A stretch of 64,000 bases of DNA from an uncultured Methanomassiliicoccales archaeon (GTDB taxonomy: Archaea; Thermoplasmatota; Thermoplasmata; Methanomassiliicoccales; UBA472). Of this stretch, positions 31,139 to 41,972 are shown piece by piece. Both the position numbers and the translations under genes were made by a program. The notes below the pieces were generated by a model that saw nothing but the letters and a program-made list of their open reading frames with translations, did not search any database and was not told the origin of the DNA. The first letter of the stretch is position 1; each line of letters opens with the position of its first letter. The stretch spans positions 768,001 to 832,000 of the forward strand of contig OY968769.1 of assembly GCA_963695345.1 (NCBI GenBank), in the 5' to 3' direction.

Positions 31139-31705
31139 TTAGGGTTTTGTTCTCCCCCATCGGCCTACCCACAATATTACCAGCACCGCAATGGGAATGC
31201 CGAAGATGATGAACACCCAGATGAGCGCAGTAAGTGAGGAGTAAACCAGATAGTCGAACGTCCAAGTTGAGAAAGCGACGTTCCAGTTGCCATCCAGATA
31301 TATTTTTATGCAGAACGCGATGAAAATAAGGAACGACATACCGTTCCCCCCGTTTCTCGCCTGGGACCGCTTTTGAAAGAAGCGATATTCCGACCTCTCC
31401 TCCAGCGGCAGCTCCTTCCACCAGGACCATACTGCTAACAGCGCTACAATGACAGGTATTGCCACCAGCAGGATCACCCAGAAGAGCAAGTTCAACAAGA
31501 ACGTCACCAGGGTGCCCATGGCCCACTGGCCCAAGGACAGGGGTACCATGCCTGTTGCCTGGGCATTGCCTGCTACCCACAGGAACACCAGGATTGCCCA
31601 CACCATAACGAGGATGGCTCCGGCCACGAACAAAATGGTCGCTTTCCAATGTTTTCTGATGAATCTCCTTCGGACTTTATCCTTTTCCGATTCGTTTTCT
31701 TGCAT
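31139..31705 (-). CDS. Hypothetical four-TM membrane protein
   Basis: Clean 188-aa ORF with hydrophobic segments and GGGGGG RBS-like sequence upstream. Confidence 0.75.
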   Translation of the reverse strand: MQENESEKDKVRRRFIRKHWKATILFVAGAILVMVWAILVFLWVAGNAQATGMVPLSLGQWAMGTLVTFLLNLLFWVILLVAIPVIVALLAVWSWWKELPLEERSEYRFFQKRSQARNGGNGMSFLIFIAFCIKIYLDGNWNVAFSTWTFDYLVYSSLTALIWVFIIFGIPIAVLVILWVGRWGRTKP

Positions 31706-32071
31706 CTAATCCCCCCTTCCTTTCCATCCAATACCCGAGTGATGAATAAATTGAGCACGTCAATCATAATCCTTTGTAAGGCTCGGTAACATCGTATCTT
31801 TCAAACGGTCACAGAATTGATGGGGCCTCTCCTGACAAACACTCGATCGACCATCCCTTAAGTTTCGCGGATTAGGTTCCATTGACAAATCATGGCCGGC
31901 ATACCTCTGAAGCAGGTCGTGCCAGATCCTCAGAACAGATCTGAGACCCATAAGGCCGAAGAGATATCATTCAACAAAACGATCGGCCGATCAACCTGTT
32001 CCGAAATAGCTGATATTGATAACTGGAGACCTGCCAATATATATCGAAAGGATGGTTTGAAGCCGTTCTGA

Positions 32072-32866
32072 ATGACCTCAACCGAGATCCATGTCCTTGT
32101 CATTGATGATGAGCCGGACCTCTGCACACTTACAAAGCAATTTTTAGACCTCCAGGGCGAGATGGTCGTTGACACTGCCTTTTCCGCGGAGGGCGCCAGA
32201 AGTATCCTGGCCTACAAAAGTTATGACGTCATCCTTTCCGATTATCGGATGCCAGGAGAGAATGGCATCCAATTCCTTTCCTCGTTGAGAGCAGCCGGGG
32301 ACAGGACCCCGTTCATCCTTTTCACATGCAAAGAGCGGGCGGAGATAGTCATTGAGGCCTTGAACGACGGGGCGAACGGATTCCTGCAGAAGGGCGGGGA
32401 CGTGGTGCCTCAGTATAAAGAGCTCGAGAATTTAGTGAGGACAGTGGTCAAGCAGAAGCGGGCCGAGGATGCATTGAAGGAAAGCGAGGCACGCTTCAGG
32501 GATATGGTCGAGATGATTCCCGCAACCATCTTCGAGATGGACCTGAGCGGCAGGCTCACGTTCCTGAACCATTTCGGCCTGGAACAGTTCGGCTACGGTC
32601 CGGACGATATTGCCGACAACCTCGAGGCGATGGACATGCTGGTTCCGGAAGACCGGGGGCGGGCTTTCGAGACCATGCAGGAGATATTCCAGAACAGAGC
32701 TTCCGGCCCTCATGCATATACCGCTCAGAGGAAGGATGGGACGACTTTCTCCATCATCATCACCTCAGCGATCATTCTCCATCAGGGACACCCGGTTGGA
32801 CTTAGAGGTGTCGTTCACACCCCTTGTGTTCACCCGGAGAAGGCATCTCCCGCGGACCGCGATTGA
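32072..32866 (+). CDS. Response regulator (REC) plus single PAS domain
   Basis: VIDDE, SDYRMP and FLQKG, followed by a PAS domain with RKDG; no kinase domain. Confidence 0.88.
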   Translation: MTSTEIHVLVIDDEPDLCTLTKQFLDLQGEMVVDTAFSAEGARSILAYKSYDVILSDYRMPGENGIQFLSSLRAAGDRTPFILFTCKERAEIVIEALNDGANGFLQKGGDVVPQYKELENLVRTVVKQKRAEDALKESEARFRDMVEMIPATIFEMDLSGRLTFLNHFGLEQFGYGPDDIADNLEAMDMLVPEDRGRAFETMQEIFQNRASGPHAYTAQRKDGTTFSIIITSAIILHQGHPVGLRGVVHTPCVHPEKASPADRD

Positions 32867-33046
32867 TCCACGGGACGCAAAACTATTCTTGGTCGCTCAT
32901 GCTGGAATAGAATCGAATGATCGGCATTATCATTCAAGATAGATGGCAGGCCCTAGGACCGGTGGGAAAACCTTCCTAGACAGTGGGAAAAATGTCCATC
33001 CAGTGATGTTCCTAACGGATACGACCACTGGACATTTCCATTGCGT

Positions 33047-33175
33047 TTACTTCTTCTTCTTGGATGCCTTTTCTGGAGGCGTAACGATGGATGAAGGCTT
33101 CGACCCCTTTGAATCCGACCGGTTCTTGTTCTCTGGTACCTTGTCTGCGTCCTTTTTCTTTTTCAAATGAGCCAT
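33047..33175 (-). CDS. Putative 42-aa Lys-rich small protein
   Basis: MAHLKKKKDADKVPENKNRSDSKGSKPSSIVTPPEKASKKKK; short and without a recognisable domain. Confidence 0.45.
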   Translation of the reverse strand: MAHLKKKKDADKVPENKNRSDSKGSKPSSIVTPPEKASKKKK

Positions 33176-33407
33176 GAAAATCTCAATGCAATATGTAGGT
33201 AACTGGATGAAATAGTTAATGTGTCGCCGATGGAAAATGTGATTCATCGACCTAGAGATCACTTACGACAGATCATTGAGCATTGATTAAAAAGAAAAAG
33301 GGTTTTGGGATGGACCATTCCCGGATCCTCACGGGTCCGATCCATACCACTATGTTAGACCTGGGTCCTCGGCTCCAACCTATGCACCTGGACCACCGGG
33401 ATTCTGC

Positions 33408-34574
33408 TCACCTGGCCAGGATCGTGTTGCCAGAGACGGTGCAGCTGGTGCATCCGATGAGCCATATCGGCTTGCTCGATGCCGTCTTGATGACGTTACC
33501 AGTGATCACATTGTTGTGCGAGTTGGTCGAGAATATCACGCAGGTGTAACCCTGGGTCTGCGTGACAACGTTGTTCTTGATCACCGCATAGCTGCTGGGA
33601 GTCAGGATCACGAACTCATTGAAGGCCCCGTAGACATTGCATCCGATCACTGTGATGTAATCGTTCGCCGCGTATCCGGATATCGCATATTCTGTGATAA
33701 CCGGAGTAGCATGTCCATTCCAGGTCGACGCCTCACGGAACACGCAGTTGGTTATGGTAATGTGGTTGGCGGGCTCCAGGTCGATGCAGGACATCGACAC
33801 CTTGGTTATCCGTACATTGTTGATCGTGATATACGAACATGCGACCTTCGTCGTCGAGGCCTCACCGAACGCAATTCCCGATCCGTAGTGCGCGTACGTC
33901 GTATCCCCGATGTTATAGACCTGGCAATTGGTGATGCTGCAGTACTGCGAGTTGGACATGTAGATGCCCTGCCCCGCGATCACGTCGTGCACGTAGACCC
34001 GGAATATCTTGCTGTTCAGGGTGTTGACCATCCCGACCCCTTCCATCGTTCCGCTGGTCCTGACCGCCCGGTTGCCGTCGACCTGCAGGTTGCTGATGGT
34101 TATCCCGTTCGGACGGCTTGACATATAGGAGTAGTCGGTCAGTTTGTAGTAACCATTGGTCACCAGGATCCCGGCACCCCTCACGGTAGACAAGGCCTTG
34201 ATGATGGTGCCGTTACCATCGCCGACGATCGACACTTTGTTCGTGTAGATGGTCTTGGATATGGAATATGTTCCCGACTTGATGTAGACGTAACCGCCTG
34301 ACAGTTTGTCGATCGCCTTCTGGATCACCGTTCGAGAGTCGATGTCCCGGAAATCGATGGCGGAGGTTATCGCGTTCTTGGCGCAGGTATATCCGCTGCT
34401 GTCCTTGTAGATGGTGTACGATACTGACACATACTTGCCGTCCCCGAGGGGCACGACCGGGGCGGTGGCCCCCTGCACGGACGCCGTGCCCAGGAAGGAT
34501 GTTCCGATCATCGCCGCCACGATCATTACCGATAGCAGCGTAATGGATCTGCCGTTGAACAAGTGGAATCTCAT
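33408..34574 (-). CDS. Secreted right-handed parallel beta-helix (pectin-lyase fold) protein
   Basis: Signal peptide; IQKAID..GGYVYIKSGTY; ITISNLQVDGN; repeated ITNC/IxNN strands. Confidence 0.85.
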   Translation of the reverse strand: MRFHLFNGRSITLLSVMIVAAMIGTSFLGTASVQGATAPVVPLGDGKYVSVSYTIYKDSSGYTCAKNAITSAIDFRDIDSRTVIQKAIDKLSGGYVYIKSGTYSISKTIYTNKVSIVGDGNGTIIKALSTVRGAGILVTNGYYKLTDYSYMSSRPNGITISNLQVDGNRAVRTSGTMEGVGMVNTLNSKIFRVYVHDVIAGQGIYMSNSQYCSITNCQVYNIGDTTYAHYGSGIAFGEASTTKVACSYITINNVRITKVSMSCIDLEPANHITITNCVFREASTWNGHATPVITEYAISGYAANDYITVIGCNVYGAFNEFVILTPSSYAVIKNNVVTQTQGYTCVIFSTNSHNNVITGNVIKTASSKPIWLIGCTSCTVSGNTILAR

Positions 34575-35320
34575 TGGAAACAGCCCCTCGATGTGCCGGA
34601 GGCGGCCTCCCCGATGGCGCCCTTTTTCATGGACTGATCGCCGATCTTCCAGGCCTGGTCCCTTGTTTTGTTCGCTACACTATTCAAAATGGACAGATCG
34701 ACCATCGCGGCGGGTTCCGTCGAGAAACCCATCCTGCTCTTGTCCTTCAATGAAGATACCATTCTCATGCTTATCAGCTCCTTCGTTACGTTTCACTACA
34801 ACAGACTGAACGGAGACAGTATCTGACGATATGACGATCGCCAGCTGATCTGTCTCATGTTTACAGGCGATGGAAGAAATCGCTCAATGGACATACAGCC
34901 TGAACATCCAGGATCGAAAATTGATCCGTCGATGTCGATTGCAGCTGGTCCGGCGGAATTCCTGCTCCGACGGCAGAGAGATCATTGCCCTTTTCAGGGG
35001 CCCTTCCGTTATTTTCTCTCCTTATGGATAGGAATTCTATAATACGATATAAACAAAATTATATAGAAATTTATCATCATAATAACTACTGAATAGCTTG
35101 TTGTTACCAAAAATATGCGTATTATTGATAACAATTTAACATTTGAAAGGGTCGATTTCTTATAGTATCGTTTAGGGCCCGAACGACCTACAATTGAATT
35201 TGTTGGCAAATTGCCGTTATCGATCGATGAGGTCGTACGACAATGATCGATTGGTAAGGCCAGTTTATAATTCGAAGGATGGTTACCTGACAGATCGTCC
35301 GACCCTGCGAATGTCGGCCC

Positions 35321-36988
35321 TCACTTCTTGCGCTTGCCCTTGGGTTTCCTTCCCCGGAAGAACAGGAAGTACACGGCGACTGCCGCCGCGACTGCCACGC
35401 CTGCGATTATCAAGGTGAGGTCCATCGAACCCGATTCGACGGGTGCTGCGGATACCGTGGAATTCAAGACGATATCATCGAGATCGGCGTTCATACTGGA
35501 CACGACCGTCACATTTCGCGTGACGGTTGAATAGCCTTCCTTGGCGATCGTTAGAGTATAGTTGCCGGCGGTGACACCGGTGAACACGAACAGCCCGTAT
35601 TCGCTGGTGGTGATATCCGCGAAGCCGTCGAGACTGACTGTGGCATTCCCCATCGCCGCTCCGCTGGCATCGCATATCGTTCCATCGACCGCCACCCCGA
35701 TGTTGGGCAGCCTTACCACGACGGAGGAGGAGTTCACCAGGTTCCCTTTCGTGTTGGGGACGACGATGGTGAAGTTGTATGAAAGCCCGTTCACCAGGCC
35801 GGCGATTGTGACCGAGTTTCCGGCCGCTCGTTGGATATAGGTGCCGTCCTGATAGACCAGGTAATTGACGCTCGAGATGCCGACGAAACCGCTAGGAACC
35901 GTCCAGGATAGTCTGGCGCTGCTGTCCCCTGCCACGGCGGTGAGATTCTGAGGGGCGTTGGGAGAGGTCAAAACTTCGAGGGCCACTCCGCTCCATGCCG
36001 AGCCGGCGAACCCGGTCGCGCCCTGGTAGTAGTAAGCGGTCAGATTGCCGCCGCATCCATACGCCCATTCGCCACCCATCGTGGGTGCGTTGCCGTAGAA
36101 TCTTATCGAGGCCAGGTCATAGCAGTTGACAAACGCGCTGGCCCCGATGCTGGTTACGCTTCCGGGAATTAACGCGGAGACCAGATTGTAGCAGTTCCCG
36201 AACACAAGGTGGCCCAGGTTCGAAACGTTGTTGGGTATCGTGACCGAGGAAAGGGCATAGCAGTTGTAGAAAGAGTAGTCGCCGATGCTGGTGATGCTAA
36301 TGGGCATGGCCACTGAGGTCAGGGCGTAGCATCCCTGAAAGCACTGATCCTCGATGGTGCTAACGCTCTCCGGTATGCTGACCGTGCGCAGACCGCAGTT
36401 GTAGAAGGCGCCAATGCCGATGTCACTGACGCTGCTGGGGATGGCAACGGTTGTGAGCAGATAGCAATTCCCGAACGAAAAGTCGCCAATGCTGGTGATG
36501 CTTACCGGGATCGTTACCGAGGTCAGGGAATAGCAGTCGAAGAAAAGGTAGTCCTCGATGACAGTCATGCTGTTCGGGATGACCACCGTTCGAAGGCCGA
36601 CATCATAGAAGGCGGCGACACCAATGCTGGTTACGCTGTTAGGAATGGTCAGAGCGGTCAGGGAATAGCAGTTCTGGAATGCCTCGGCCCCGATCTTGAT
36701 TACGCTGTTGGGAATGGTCACGGTCGTCAAGGCGGTGCAATTGGCGAACGCTCCTTCACCGATCGAGGTGACCGGTTTGCCCGCAATGACGCTGGGAATG
36801 GCGGCGCTAGTGAACGTGCTGTTGAACCCGGTGATCTCCACCGCCGTTCCTCCGTTGATGAGCTGGTATTGGAAACCGCCGCTTTCCGCGGCGGACGCCG
36901 GTCCGGCCAACAACCCAAACGTCACCATCAGGAGCGGTGAGAATAGAACGAAGGTTGCCAGCAGGACGGTGATCTTCTTATGGTTCAT
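35321..36988 (-). CDS. BspA-type LRR surface protein with FN3, carboxypeptidase-regulatory-like domain and C-terminal anchor
   Basis: Signal peptide; ~10 IPxSVTSIG repeats; C-terminal TM helix followed by RGRKPKGKRKK. Confidence 0.92.
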   Translation of the reverse strand: MNHKKITVLLATFVLFSPLLMVTFGLLAGPASAAESGGFQYQLINGGTAVEITGFNSTFTSAAIPSVIAGKPVTSIGEGAFANCTALTTVTIPNSVIKIGAEAFQNCYSLTALTIPNSVTSIGVAAFYDVGLRTVVIPNSMTVIEDYLFFDCYSLTSVTIPVSITSIGDFSFGNCYLLTTVAIPSSVSDIGIGAFYNCGLRTVSIPESVSTIEDQCFQGCYALTSVAMPISITSIGDYSFYNCYALSSVTIPNNVSNLGHLVFGNCYNLVSALIPGSVTSIGASAFVNCYDLASIRFYGNAPTMGGEWAYGCGGNLTAYYYQGATGFAGSAWSGVALEVLTSPNAPQNLTAVAGDSSARLSWTVPSGFVGISSVNYLVYQDGTYIQRAAGNSVTIAGLVNGLSYNFTIVVPNTKGNLVNSSSVVVRLPNIGVAVDGTICDASGAAMGNATVSLDGFADITTSEYGLFVFTGVTAGNYTLTIAKEGYSTVTRNVTVVSSMNADLDDIVLNSTVSAAPVESGSMDLTLIIAGVAVAAAVAVYFLFFRGRKPKGKRKK

Positions 36989-37264
36989 GGTATACCAGCT
37001 GTTCTAGGGGATGCCCAGGCCAAATTAGGACGGGATACCTAATAATAGAAAACTGCCATCAGAATGTCAGGATTGATAATGAGTTATGCATTGTCATTTT
37101 AAGCATCGATTCACAATTGGATGCGTCATTCATGCTGGCTCTAGCGAGGAAGATGGAATCGGTCCGGATCAGTGGACCGATTCCCTGGTCCACATCCGTC
37201 TCAGGCATGACCTTCAGGACCATCGTTCAATAGTGAATTATCTGTTGCCATCGATATCCCCGCC

Positions 37265-37747
37265 ATGGAATTCCTGGCGGAGCATATCGCGCCTTGCGGT
37301 GCAAATTGCATGATATGTTTGAGCTTCCTCCGAGCGGAGGATGGATGCCCGGGCTGCAGGTTCGATGGTTCTAGCAAACCTGTTAATTGCACAAGGTGCA
37401 GGATCAAGAATTGTCGAAGGATGAGGGACGGATCCCTGAAATTCTGCTATGAATGTGAAAAGTTCCCCTGTCCGAGGATGAGACAGCTGGATGAGAGATA
37501 CAGGAGGAACTACCGATACAGCATGATCGACAGTTTGGTGGAGATCAGGGAAGAGGGAATGGACCAGCATATCCAGAACGATAATGAAAGGTGGTCATGT
37601 GAAACATGCGGCGGGACCATCTGTGTGCACAGGGGGTATTGTACCTCTTGCGGCAAGATCAGATATTGCCATGCGGGCAACCATCGGGCCAGGATAAGGA
37701 CGGATGCTGACAGTTCCAGCACTTTGCGATCCGAGCATTGCAAGTGA
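37265..37747 (+). CDS. DUF3795 Cys-rich protein
   Basis: IAPCGANCxxC, CPGC, CRIKNC, FCYECEKFPC and C-terminal CxxCGG...CxxC. Confidence 0.88.
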   Translation: MEFLAEHIAPCGANCMICLSFLRAEDGCPGCRFDGSSKPVNCTRCRIKNCRRMRDGSLKFCYECEKFPCPRMRQLDERYRRNYRYSMIDSLVEIREEGMDQHIQNDNERWSCETCGGTICVHRGYCTSCGKIRYCHAGNHRARIRTDADSSSTLRSEHCK

Positions 37748-37876
37748 TCGACACAATTGCACCCGTTCCCATGCCCGGACCTGCGTATGGAAAAACCTCT
37801 GACTTATCATCTTCGGGTCCGTTATCCTGCCAGATGGTTCCCGCGTTCGGTGGGGGGCATAAGTTAGGTTTAATAC

Positions 37877-38416
37877 ATGCCCTTTGATTACCGCCCAGTG
37901 GCCAAGGAATTCGAAGTGGACGAGAATGGTCTCACGACCGAGGGCTTCAGGGTGCTCCATCCCAAGATAAAGAACGCCATGCGGGTGAGCATTCTTCTGT
38001 TCCTCATGTTCTCCATGACAACACTGCTCCTATTGGGGCTGTTCATCGGAGAGCTTCTGGGAATTCTCTATTGGCCCCTGGTGCTGCTGTTCATCGTGAT
38101 CAATGCCTTGGCCATTCTGGACCTTATCATCGTTCCGACGATCTTCTACGCCCGCTACAGATACAAGGTGGGTGAAGACCGGATAGATGTCCTGAGAGGC
38201 GTGCTGATCATAAGGCACACGATTGTACCTATCGAACGCATCCATCAGGTCGAGGTGACCCGGGGACCCGTAAAGAACATGTTCGGGCTCGCGGACGTCA
38301 CGATAACCACCGCGGGCGGGACCGCCACCATCGAATACCTGGAAATGCACGAGGCAGAGGGAATCGCTGACAGGCTCAATGAGAATGTCCTAAAGATCCT
38401 CGAGGAAAGGTACTGA
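37877..38416 (+). CDS. YdbS-like PH-domain membrane protein
   Basis: Two TM helices; RGVLI..TIVPIERIHQVEVTRGP...FGLADV. Confidence 0.88.
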   Translation: MPFDYRPVAKEFEVDENGLTTEGFRVLHPKIKNAMRVSILLFLMFSMTTLLLLGLFIGELLGILYWPLVLLFIVINALAILDLIIVPTIFYARYRYKVGEDRIDVLRGVLIIRHTIVPIERIHQVEVTRGPVKNMFGLADVTITTAGGTATIEYLEMHEAEGIADRLNENVLKILEERY

Positions 38417-38417
38417 A

Positions 38418-39884
38418 GTGAGCGGAGAAAGGATCAGGAACCATCCATCGGTTATCCTGGAGAACCTGGCACAGGCAGTCGTGGTAGTATTCCTGATTTT
38501 CATCTCGGCCGCCCCCTTTAGGACCCTGGAAGGATATCTGGGCGTGTCGACGATCATCGGTTTTGTGGCTTTCCTGCTCTTTCTACGATGGCGGAAGACG
38601 ACCATCCAATTCAACGAGAACGAGATTGTTGTCGAGAGGGATACCATCTTCAAGATGAAGAAATCCATCCCTTACTCCAAGATAGCCTCAATAAACGTCG
38701 ACCGCGGCATAATAAACAGGATATTCCGCACTTCAAAGCTTAAGGTAAACGTCAACACCAGCAAGAACGCGACCATCCCCGAGGCCACGATGGTTCTCAA
38801 AAAGGTCCTCGCGGAGGAGGTCAGGGGTAGATTTTCTCAGCACATGAACGGAGGCGAACCGGTCGTTGAGGCAGCGGAGGTGTCCGCGATCAGGATCGGA
38901 ACCTGGGACGTGCTGATCCACGGACTGTTCAGCCAGTCCACCATCCAGACGGCGAGCGGCCTCATACTCCTCGCCTACGGCATTTCGGGGCAGTTCGTAT
39001 CCGCAAGAGAGATCTCGAGCGTGGAAGGCCTAATCTCCTTACTGATGTTCTTCTGGGTGACCGTGTTCCCCACCATATTGTCGATGGTCAACTACGCAAA
39101 TTTCAAGGTGTACCGAACAATGGACACCATCTACCTGCAGCACGGGCTGATCAGGACCTTCAGGACGTCATTCAATGTGTCCCGGATCAATGCGGTCCAT
39201 GTGAGGAGCACGATGATCTCGAGACTGCTCGGAAGGTCGTACATCGAGGCCGAGGTCATCGGCCTCGGTTCGGGAAAGGACACCAAGCGCCCCGTGCTGT
39301 GCCTGCTAAAAAAGAACGACGTCATCGATGCCGCCTTGAGGGAGCTGGTGCCTGAGTTCGTCTACGAACGGGATGTGATAAGGCAGCCGAAGGCCGCGAA
39401 GAAAATCATTGCCGTCAAGGCGGCGGTGTCTTCGGTGTTCATCATTCTGTTCTCTGCGTATCTGACATCTGTCATGTACCAAATGTCAAAGGACATGTCT
39501 TTTGGCATCGAGAGGGAGCTGGTCAGCAACCTGTTCATCATCACCGGGGCGATATTGCTGGTGGGGATCGTCCTTTGGTCGTTCAAGGCCTATAGGATAA
39601 GGGAGCTGACCATCGGCGAGGAACTGTTCACTTTTGTGAATGGGGTCATGGACCGCAAGATGACCACGATGAGCTATGACAAGGTGCAGATCGTCAATAT
39701 CTCGAAAGGACCTTTGACCAGGAGATATGGCCTGGCCGTCGGGTCCATCTCGCTGCTCTCCTCGATCGGGGGTGTGAGGGTTTCCTCCGGCTATTTCCCC
39801 GAAGATGAGTTGAACCGGGTGCACGGGATGGTAATGGAACGATTGTCAAACGGCAAGTATGACCACCATGCCAATGATGTGTGA
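38418..39884 (+). CDS. YdbT-like multi-PH-domain membrane protein
   Basis: Three bPH-like repeats with TM pairs; directly follows the YdbS-like gene. Confidence 0.85.
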   Translation: MSGERIRNHPSVILENLAQAVVVVFLIFISAAPFRTLEGYLGVSTIIGFVAFLLFLRWRKTTIQFNENEIVVERDTIFKMKKSIPYSKIASINVDRGIINRIFRTSKLKVNVNTSKNATIPEATMVLKKVLAEEVRGRFSQHMNGGEPVVEAAEVSAIRIGTWDVLIHGLFSQSTIQTASGLILLAYGISGQFVSAREISSVEGLISLLMFFWVTVFPTILSMVNYANFKVYRTMDTIYLQHGLIRTFRTSFNVSRINAVHVRSTMISRLLGRSYIEAEVIGLGSGKDTKRPVLCLLKKNDVIDAALRELVPEFVYERDVIRQPKAAKKIIAVKAAVSSVFIILFSAYLTSVMYQMSKDMSFGIERELVSNLFIITGAILLVGIVLWSFKAYRIRELTIGEELFTFVNGVMDRKMTTMSYDKVQIVNISKGPLTRRYGLAVGSISLLSSIGGVRVSSGYFPEDELNRVHGMVMERLSNGKYDHHANDV

Positions 39885-40009
39885 GCATCGGAGATACGAA
39901 TGCGAGAACGCTTGTATAGCGTCTGCACCGGTGCCTTTCTAGCGCACTTTCCTTGAAGGACTTGTTCTCCGCCTCAGCTTGACCTCGGGTATCCCAGCTT
40001 AGTGACATT

Positions 40010-40477
40010 TTATTCATCAGCACATGGCCAGTACATTCCCGTTATCCATTTTTCGGGATCCTGCTCTTTTTGTGGATCGCTCAAATACACTTCCCACATG
40101 TGCCCTGCCGGTTTCAAGTGGTTCCTGCCCATCCATTCCTGCATCGCCGTGTATGATTCTGCCAACTTCTCATAGGGGCCAATGTGCATGGCATTGACTG
40201 CCTTCCCCCCGGGAAGTGTGAATGGACCGATCTTACCGTCACTTTCTATCTGTTTCGACACCGGAAAGCCAACGCTCATATGCGTCTTCCGATCGTCCCA
40301 GGAATAGTAGTATGCAAAAGGTGGGCCAACGATCAACAGACTGTTCCTCTGGGAGAAAACGGAAAGTTCCTGGAACAGCTTTCCCATCATCATTGGGATC
40401 TTGTCGTACTCCACCTCCACTTCGATGGCCATACATTTCACCTCTGGCAAATCAATAACTTGGATATCTTTCATCAT
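40010..40477 (-). CDS. GyrI-like small-molecule binding protein
   Basis: GPPFAYY, HIGPYEKLAESY and WEVYLSDP. Confidence 0.88.
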   Translation of the reverse strand: MMKDIQVIDLPEVKCMAIEVEVEYDKIPMMMGKLFQELSVFSQRNSLLIVGPPFAYYYSWDDRKTHMSVGFPVSKQIESDGKIGPFTLPGGKAVNAMHIGPYEKLAESYTAMQEWMGRNHLKPAGHMWEVYLSDPQKEQDPEKWITGMYWPCADE

Positions 40478-40781
40478 GTTCGTTCGATTCGTCACCGCAG
40501 GTAAATATTTTACGTTGGGGTGACCGAAAATAATCCGTCTGACACCTTCGCAAGATTGACTGGTCGAAGCCCTCCAAATAAATTGAAGGCCCACGATCCA
40601 TGCATTTGCAAATCTCTGTCCGATATCAGATGAAGGAGAGCAATGAGACCGGCCAAGAGAATGACATGCCGATCAAGATTGCATGAGGGATCTGAGCCCA
40701 AGCATGTTCTGTTTTGATGTCATCTCCGAAGTTAGAACATCTCGATCTTTAAGAAATCAAGTGCCGAGTACCATAGTCATT

Positions 40782-41556
40782 CTAAGGGCGCCACGGCCTG
40801 GCCTTGTTCCATTGGTCCTCGAACAGGTCGCCCGCCCATCTCATTGATTCTGGATCGTTGCCGGCGAAGACCTGGTAGTCCATCTTTCCATCCAACTTCG
40901 GTAACGAGATCCCCATGATCTTTTCGGTCATGATCAGGATGGCGCAAACTCGGGGAATACATCTCATCTCCCCTGAATCCGCAGAGATCATTTCTCCCTT
41001 GATGCTCTCAAGCAGGCTCTCTTGAACCAGGGTCCTGACCTTTATGCCATCCTTGACCAAGCGCTGCCTGATTATCTGGCCATGCTGCTCCAAGCTCTGA
41101 TCGGCCATCACGTCGATCCGCTTCTCGGCGTTCTTGAGGACCTCGGTGCCGGTGTTTATGTTGGAGACCATCTCGGTGTGAAGGACGGCCTTCGAGAGCT
41201 CTCCGAACCTGGCGCGGAACTGAGGAGGGATGAGCGATGCGTCATGGTCCAAGAAATACTCCCTGTGCTTGGAAAGAAAGTCCATGGCGGTGGAGGATTC
41301 GAGGATGAGCCTGGAATATGGGGTGGAGCGGTATCTGCCTTCGGAGGTCTTCTCCAGGAAGCCGGCATCCGTCAACCGCTGCAACTGCCTGAACGCCTCG
41401 GTAGGCGGTGATGTCCAGCTTCTTCGCCACTTCGTTCAGCTTGAGATTCTGGGTCTGAAGTTCCTCAATTATCCTGCGCCTGTCCGCGTTTGACAACTGA
41501 AAATGAAGGTCGGAGAGGCGGTCCTCATCGACTTTCGTTTTCTCCACATGTAACAC
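40782..41556 (-). CDS. Archaeal winged-helix (ArsR-like HTH + DUF1724-like) transcriptional regulator; frameshift at ~41400
   Basis: LSNADRRRII...EVAKKLDIT/EAFRQLQRL...YFLDHD...WAGDLF. Confidence 0.8.
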
Positions 41557-41642
41557 CTACACATTGCTGTTAACGGCAACACATCCGAGTCAAATAATGG
41601 TTATCAGCCCTGGTCCGCACTTATCCGATTCAAGGTTTGAAA

Positions 41643-41940
41643 ATGACCCGAACAAGAAATGGAAAAGATGAACGGATGTTCTCCATCGAGCTCAGATCGA
41701 AGGGGGATGTGAAGAACGTATCCTTGGACGGCGACGAAAAGGTCCTCATCGAAGGCTCCATCGGATCTTTGAAACGAGCCCAATTCCTGGAAGGACCTCG
41801 TTCTGGAAGTGATCGGAAGCAATGGCGAGCTGAGGGTGGATCTCACCGTGAACGACCTGGATCTGCGGCCCCGCGAAGCTGAGGGATCGAGGAGGACCAG
41901 GGGGGCGGACAATGAAGGCCCTTCACATCTTCGGAGGTAG
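41643..41940 (+). CDS. Small hypothetical protein; frameshift at ~41790
   Basis: FSIELRSKGDVKNVSL...VLIEGSIGSL/DLVLEVIGSNGELRVDL; removing one base gives 99 codons. Confidence 0.65.
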
Positions 41941-41972
41941 GTCCGGCCCTGCAAGGGGAAGGGAACGGACAA

